DNA from: an uncultured Alphaproteobacteria bacterium
GTDB taxonomy: Bacteria; Pseudomonadota; Alphaproteobacteria; Acetobacterales; Acetobacteraceae
Length of the DNA: 64,000 bases
Direction: 5' to 3'
NCBI GenBank assembly: GCA_963812585.1
Contig: CAWEVT010000008.1
Span: forward strand, 24,576-88,575
Part shown: positions 58,977 to 64,000 of the stretch, piece by piece
Layout of the letters: the number at the start of each line of letters is the position of its first letter
Numbering within the stretch: the first letter of the stretch is position 1
The notes under the pieces: generated by a model
What the model was told of the DNA's origin: nothing
The model's database searches: none
What the model saw: the letters and a program-made list of their open reading frames with translations, nothing else
Position numbers and translations under genes: made by a program

Positions 58977-59533
58977 ATGAAATACGGCTATGCACGGGTA
59001 TCGACGGACGGCCAGAGCGTCGAGGCGCAGGTCCGCCAACTGACCAAGGCCGGATGCAAGAAGGTGTTCCGCGAGACAGCCAGCGGAGCCAAGACCGACC
59101 GCGCCCAGCTGCGCAAGGCGCTCGACCAGCTCGACGCCGGCGACGTGCTGATGGTGACCAGGCTCGACCGCCTGGCGCGATCGACGCGGGATCTGCTGAA
59201 CACCCTCGCCACGATCGCCGACCGCAAGGCCGGTTTCCGCTCGCTCGGCGACGCATGGGCGGACACCACGAGCGCGCATGGGCGCCTGATGCTGACCGTG
59301 CTGGGCGGCCTAGCGGAGTTTGAGCGCGAGCTGATCCGCGCGCGCACCGGCGAAGGCCGCGCCCGCGCCAAGGCGCGCGGCGTGAAGATGGGGCGCCCGT
59401 CCAAGATGACGCCGCACCAGATCAAGGAGGCGCTACGCCGCCGCGACAACGGCGAGCCGATGCGCGAGATCGCGCGGAGCTACAACGTCCGCACAGCACG
59501 ATTTCGCGGCTACCACCGGCAGAGGCGGCGTAG
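58977..59533 (+). pseudogene. Serine recombinase (resolvase/invertase) with a -1 frameshift in the C-terminal HTH
   Basis: ATG 58977 gives MKYGYARVSTDGQSVEAQ..VTRLDRLARSTRDL..GGLAEFERELIRARTGEGR. After ..REIARSYNV the expected HSTISRL..* is in another frame and ends at TAG 59531-59533. The junction is at about 59487-59491. Confidence 0.8.
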
Positions 59534-59623
59534 TCGATGGGGCGACCTTTGGCGAAACCCACTTCAATGCCATGCCCGACGGCCAGTTCCATGCGATTCT
59601 CTGCTTCGGAGAAGGACACGACA

Positions 59624-59942
59624 ATGGGCACGACGACGACGACCAATATGGCTGAAGATGTGATTGCCATGCTGCGGGCTCACGAGGCGGAGCTGCATCG
59701 CGCCGGCATTCGTCACCTTGCGCTTTTTGGTTCCATTGCCCGTGGTGACGCTACTATCGATAGCGACGTGGATCTCGTCGCGGAGTTGGACCCGGCAGCT
59801 CGCATCGGGTTTGTTCGCGCTCGGAGCGCTTGAACGGCGCCTGGCCGAGTTGATCGGCCGTCGGGTGGAACTGTTGCCGGAACCAATTGAGAAGCCGCGC
59901 CTGCGGGCCAACATAGATCGGGATCGCCAGCGTGCCTTCTAG
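59624..59942 (+). pseudogene. MNT-type nucleotidyltransferase antitoxin with a +1 frameshift
   Basis: ATG 59624 follows GGAGAAGGA. ..LALFGSIARGDATIDSDVDLVAELDPAARIG, then LFALGALERRLAELIGRRVELLPEPIEKPRLRANIDRDRQRAF* in the next frame. The junction is in the GGGTTTG run at 59808-59813. Confidence 0.75.
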
Positions 59943-60004
59943 GCATAGCGTGGCTGACAGCCTGGCCGACATCATCGAAAATGCCGAGCGTATCGAGAGC
60001 TATA

Positions 60005-61139
60005 CCCTGACTCTTTGAAGCCAAATCCGCCTCTTGCAAATCAGTTTCGCCGCGATTCTAGTCATTGCATGATCCGCGCCGGCTTCCTTGACCCTGAAAC
60101 GCGTAGCGACCTGATTGACCTGGGTCGCGATGGTTCCGTGGCTCACCGGCTGGCCCGGCGCGCCAACGCGCTGGTGCTATTGGATGATGGCATGAGCTGC
60201 GACGAAGTCGCGAAGGTCCTGCTGTTGGACGACGACACCGTGCGCACCTGGCATCGGCTGTATGAGGACGAGGGCATCGAAGGCTTGGTGAGTTTCGACC
60301 ATGATGGCAGTACGTGCCGCTTGAGCGATGCGCAGCAGGCCAAGCTGAAGACCTGGATCGCCGAGACGCTGCCTCGGACAACCCGCGAAGTTGGTGCCTG
60401 GATCGAGACCGAGTGCGGTATCTCCTATGAGAGCCGGTCGGGGCTGATCGCGCTGCTGCACCGGCTGGGCATGGAGCATCGCAAGCCGAAAGCGGTGTCG
60501 TCCAAGCTGGACCCTGACAAGCAGGCGGCCTTTATCAAGAGTTACGAGAATCTGCTGAACCACATTGGTGATGATGAAGCGGTGCTGTTTGGCGATGCGG
60601 TGCATCCGACGCACGCGGTGCGGCCGGTCGGATGCTGGGCGCCGAAAGACACGCCGGTTGCCGTGGAACAGACCAGCGGGCGGCAGCGCCTGAACATTCA
60701 CGGTGCGATTGATCTCGAGACCGGCAGAACCCGTATGATCGAGGCGGCAACGGTGAATGCGATCAGCATGATCATGTTGCTGCGGGCGATCGAGGCGATG
60801 TATCCCGGCAAGCGGTTGATCCATCTGTTCGTGGACAATGCTCGCTACCACCACGCCAAGCTGGTGCAGGCTTGGTTGTCGCGATCGGGGTGCCGGATCA
60901 AGCTCCACTTCATCCCCGCCTATTGCCCACATCTGGATCCCGCCGAGCGGCTATGGGGCCTGATGCACAAGCATGTCACCCACAATCGATGTCATGCGAC
61001 ATTCGTCGACTTCAAAGCGGCGATCCTAACGTTCTTGCGCGAGGAGGTGCCCAGAAAATGGGACATCTATTGTGATCAGGTAACGGATAACTTCCGTATT
61101 ATCTCGGCCAAGGATTTTCGGGTTCTGACCTGAGCGGGG
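60005..61139 (+). mobile_element. IS630-family insertion sequence (about 1.1 kb) inserted at a TA in hepT
   Basis: The boundaries are inferred from the interrupted HepT reading frame and the TA dinucleotides at 60003-60004 and 61140-61141. The terminal repeats are only loosely recognisable, so the ends are good to a few bases at best. Confidence 0.7.
60069..61133 (+). CDS. IS630-family (Tc1/mariner-like DDE) transposase, apparently intact
   Basis: ATG 60069, 354 aa. HTH region (ANALVLLDDGMSCDEVAKVLLLDDDTVRTWHRLYEDEG) followed by the DDE region (FGDAVHPTH.., LFVDNARYHH.., PAYCPHLDPAERLW). Confidence 0.85.
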   Translation: MIRAGFLDPETRSDLIDLGRDGSVAHRLARRANALVLLDDGMSCDEVAKVLLLDDDTVRTWHRLYEDEGIEGLVSFDHDGSTCRLSDAQQAKLKTWIAETLPRTTREVGAWIETECGISYESRSGLIALLHRLGMEHRKPKAVSSKLDPDKQAAFIKSYENLLNHIGDDEAVLFGDAVHPTHAVRPVGCWAPKDTPVAVEQTSGRQRLNIHGAIDLETGRTRMIEAATVNAISMIMLLRAIEAMYPGKRLIHLFVDNARYHHAKLVQAWLSRSGCRIKLHFIPAYCPHLDPAERLWGLMHKHVTHNRCHATFVDFKAAILTFLREEVPRKWDIYCDQVTDNFRIISAKDFRVLT

Positions 61140-61788
61140 TATATCTCGGCGGCATGGACCGCGATGCCTTTGCCTCCAGCGGGTTGGTGCGTGATGCGAT
61201 CGAACGCTGTGTGGAACGAGTGTGTGAGGCCGCACACCGTCTTGGTCGGCATGCAGCTGAACTCATGCCGAAATCAGCCGTGGGGCGATATCCGCGGTAT
61301 GGGAAACCGGTTGCGGCACGCCTATGACCGGATCAGCCTGGAGGTGATCTGGAATGCGGCGCGCCACGATGTCCCTAACCTGGCGGTGGATGCGCGACGA
61401 GCCCTGGCGGAGCTTCAAGCATCCAGCCAGCCCAAGGAATTCCAGCCGATAGGCTCAAGCGCTCACTCTGCAATACCTAATTCGGCCGGCCTAAGCGCAA
61501 CATAACCGCGCGTTCCGAAACATCGCAACATGCTGAAAAGGCTGATTTCTCCGTTTATGCGTTTCGAAATTGAGCGGCTCGCAGTTTCGATGTCAGTGCG
61601 GCGATCAATGCCCAGATATGGACCGAGGAAGAGATCGCCGAATGCCAGACGCCGCCGGTATCGGCGTCCTTCACGTATGCGAGACGTCATCATCAGGCCC
61701 AAGCGACAAGCAGACGTTCGCCGTTGGAAATTGTCGACGGCAGGTAGCGAACCAAATTGGTCGTCCCGAACAGACGTAGTGTTTGCGA

Positions 61789-62296
61789 TTACAAAATGAT
61801 GGTGACAAGCTTCGTCAGCATAACCTCCAACGGCATGAGTGTCAGCATCAGAGGGGCTACGGGCAAGAGTGTCGCGACCGCAAAGCGAACGATGATTTCC
61901 CGAGTTATCGGTATGGAACGCATCGACGAAACGACGCTGTAGCTGTTTCCCATGTCAGCGAGGGATTGGACATCGGGGCTACCAATCAACGGCTCTGTGT
62001 CGTTGGTATCGCCACGCAGCCACTTTGTATCGAACTCTCGGACATAACGTGCCGCGAGGGTCCCGTATTCGCGATGCCGCGGCGTTTGGCCCGGAAGAGC
62101 GGATTGGCAAAAGTCAGGAGAGGGCCGAGTGTTATGCACAGCACCAAGATCACTATGGCAGCGATCTCTTCCTTGAACTCGGTGAGAGGAGTTCCAAGGA
62201 TGGTCCGCGCGTTGCGAGCCAGCCGGCGAGAAGCGCCCCGTGCGCACTGGCGAAGACGACCAAGCCCCCGGTTGCCCCGAGCAGAAAGCTCAGGCC
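61789..62296 (-). pseudogene. Fragmented gene for a conserved-looking membrane protein of unknown function
   Basis: Three frames on the minus strand read on from one another: ..GGLVVFASAHGALLAGWLA / RTILGTPLTEFKEEIAAIVILVLCITLGPLLTFANPLFRAKRRGI / EYGTLAARYVREFDTKWLRG..REIIVRFAVATLLPVAPLMLTLMPLEVMLTKLVTIIL*. The 5' end is cut by the IS6 fragment at 62297. Confidence 0.4.
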
Positions 62297-62617
62297 GGTT
62301 CTGTCAGTGTTCGCGCCAACAAGTATAATTGGATGTGCGGGACGGCGCCGATCCTTCATGCGGCCTGCAAAATGCTGAGCACCGTGAGGGAGCGGGAGAG
62401 GATGTGCAGTCGGCGGTCATTGGCGGGAATAGGTTGGTTGCGGTTTGACGGGGGGCGGAGGAAGTTTCGTAGTTCGTCGTAGCTTCGACGAAACCTTGCA
62501 GCGGATCGGCCGCTCTTGAACCCGCGCATTGGCTGGTATCGGCCCTTGATGCCGCGATGATCTTGCTCAATCCGATTGTTTAGGTAGCGATTTGTCCGAT
62601 GGCGTACGTGTCCGCCG
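62297..62617 (-). mobile_element. Truncated IS6-family element (copy 3; outer IR plus the last ~85 transposase codons)
   Basis: Outer end GGTTCTGTCAGTGTT at 62297. The minus-strand ORF reads ..HRTNRYLNNRIEQDHRGIKGRYQPMRGFKSGRSAARF..LTVLSILQAA* with its stop at 62356. The inner part is replaced by IS6 copy 2 at 62618. Confidence 0.62.
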
Positions 62618-63448
62618 GGCATTGTCACGGTAACCGGATCTGGCAGCCGGCCGGGCGGCGGGCGAGACTGGCGGTATGAAGTCGCCACCCGACCCCCACT
62701 ACCGTCATCGGTTCCCTGCCGAGATCATCAGCCATGCCGTCTGGCTGTACCACGTGTTCAGCCTCAGCCTGCGCGATGTGGAGCTGATCCTGGCTGAGCG
62801 CGGCATCGTCGTCTCCTACGAGACGGTGCGACGCTGGTGCAAGAAATTCGGCCGCGACTTTCGCCGATCGCCTGCGCCGCCGCCGGCCACGACCCGGGGA
62901 CAAGTGGCACATGGACGAGGTGTTCATCCGGATCCAGGGCGTGCAGCACTATCTCTGGCGCGCCGTCGATCAGGATGGCGTCGTGCTCGACATCCTCGTT
63001 CAGCCCCGGCGCGATGCCAACGCTGCCAAGCGGTTCTTCAAGCGATTGCTGAAGGGTCTGCAATATGTGCCGCGGGTGATCGTGACCGACAAGTTGCGGA
63101 GCTACGGCGTCGCTCAGCGTCAACTACTTCCCGGCGTCGAGCATCGACAAAGCCGATATCTGAATAATCGGGCCGAGAACTCGCATCGGCCGACACGACG
63201 ACGAGAGCGGCAAATGCAACGGTTCAAATCGTCTGGACAAGCCCAGGACTTCCTCTCCGCCCACTCATTCATCTACGGTCACTTTCATCCCCGCCGACAT
63301 CGACTTGCAGCCGATACCTATCGCGCGATCCGGTCGGACGCTTTCAAAGTCTGGCACCAGGAGACGTGCGTTCAATGCGCATGAAGATCGACATAGCACG
63401 ACGCCCCTCTGCCTCATGCCGACCACGCGAGGTTAAGGTGACAATGCC
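62618..63448 (+). mobile_element. IS6-family insertion sequence (copy 2, 831 bp)
   Basis: Inverted repeats GGCATTGTCACGGTAACC (62618-62635) and, as reverse complement, GGCATTGTCACCTTAACC (63431-63448). Confidence 0.8.
62676..63384 (+). pseudogene. IS6-family transposase with a +1 frameshift
   Basis: ATG 62676 gives ..HRFPAEIISHAVWLYHVFSLSLRDVELILAERGIVVSYETVRRWCKKFGRDF. The continuation ADRLRRRRPRPGDKWHMDEVFIRIQG..YLNNRAENSHRPTRRRE.. is in the next frame. The extra base lies in gactttCgccg, about 62857-62862. Confidence 0.85.
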
Positions 63449-64000
63449 TCGGGCCGTGAGACAACGCTTGGCGGCTGTGGCAGAACCGTACCGCGCCGGA
63501 CACCTACGCGGTGGTGATCCGCGGCACTATCGAGAAGTCCACCAGCGTCCTGCAGGACCTGGTGACCACCTCGATTTCAGCGCAGCAGGCGGTCATCAAG
63601 GCGTGGGCCGACAGCGCTGCGGGCAAAGGAGGTTATATCTCGTTCAAGATGGCGGACGTCGATAGGGGCGAAACCCATCTCGGCTTCACCTACGGTATGG
63701 CGGTGCTGATGTTCGCCGGCGACACCGGGATCCTGCGCGTGCTTCACGACCGCGTGCCGGCGGGGAGCAAGCTGCTGATCACCGGCCATAGCCAGGGTGC
63801 CGCGATCGCCACGCTCACTCACGCGTTTCTGCACTACGCGATCAACGACCCCGGTGACCGCTACGGGCTTCGCAAAAGCGGATACTCACTGAAGTCCTAT
63901 GTGTTTGCGCAGCCGAAGCCGGGCAACTGGCAGTTCGCCCTGGACTTCGCCCGCATCGCCCGCTAGCCACGGCACCGCGTTCACGGTCAACAACAGCCGC
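63449..64000 (+). pseudogene. Class-3 lipase / alpha-beta hydrolase fragment, 5'-truncated by IS6 copy 2
   Basis: ..TAPDTYAVVIRGTIEKS..LLITGHSQGAAIATL (GxSxG nucleophile elbow). There is a stop at 63964-63966, but SHGTAFTVNNSR.. continues in the next frame to the window edge, which suggests a further indel. Confidence 0.6.

Larger units (their letters stand above)
59950..61505 (+). pseudogene. HepT/DUF86 (HEPN) toxin gene split by an IS630 insertion and carrying two further indels
   Basis: GTG 59950 gives VADSLADIIENAERIESY up to about 60003. It resumes at 61143 with IS..GMDRDAFASSGLVRDAIERCVERVCEAAHRLGRHAAELMP (shifted frame), then NQPWGDIRGMGNRLRHAYDRISLEVIWNAARHDVPNL.. to 61505. Confidence 0.7.

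Noticed and set aside
54722-63448. A composite transposon bounded by IS6 copies 1 and 2
   Set aside because: The two elements have different terminal repeats (GGTTCTGTCGCA.. versus GGCATTGTCAC..) and clearly different transposase sequences. They are therefore not copies of the same IS.

Overview
High-G+C alphaproteobacterial chromosome segment. Gene order and repeat type suggest Rhizobiales/Bradyrhizobiaceae, but that is inference only. All product calls come from reading the translations, because no searches could be run.

Positions 1 to about 51,000 are conserved core. They hold the 3' part of rpoB, rpoC, several flavin/SDR/VOC redox genes, dinB coupled to a DUF763 gene, lrgA/lrgB and cytochrome P460. 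They also hold a DEAD-box helicase, gcdH, the merR-ihfA-fabH-plsX-rpmF block, an acyl-CoA synthetase, pepF, an osmC-lyase-MaoC trio and divergent katG/oxyR. The core ends with an M20 amidase, a class II aldolase, a LivK-type binding protein, a flavin reductase and yceI-MFS.

Positions about 51,000 to 64,000 are a visibly lower-G+C, IS-riddled accessory patch. It contains an IS5/IS1182-like remnant, two IS6 elements plus a truncated third, and one IS630. Nearly every resident gene there is truncated or frameshifted, including a serine recombinase and a MNT/HepT toxin-antitoxin pair split by the IS630.

Two things stand out.
1. One family of palindromic REP-like units (core GTGTCATGGCCGG...CCGGCCA) occurs singly next to rpoB/rpoC and as tandem arrays of about 1.0 kb, 0.13 kb and 0.9 kb. 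All three arrays fill convergent intergenic regions.
2. Single-base indels recur in otherwise well-conserved genes, including ribosomal protein L32 and dinB. Most are an extra base at or next to a short C/G run. These are either consensus errors or real decay, and the sequence alone cannot decide.

I see no rRNA, tRNA or CRISPR, and no convincing novel multi-gene system. The most hypothesis-generating locus is the translationally coupled dinB-DUF763 (helix-hairpin-helix) pair.
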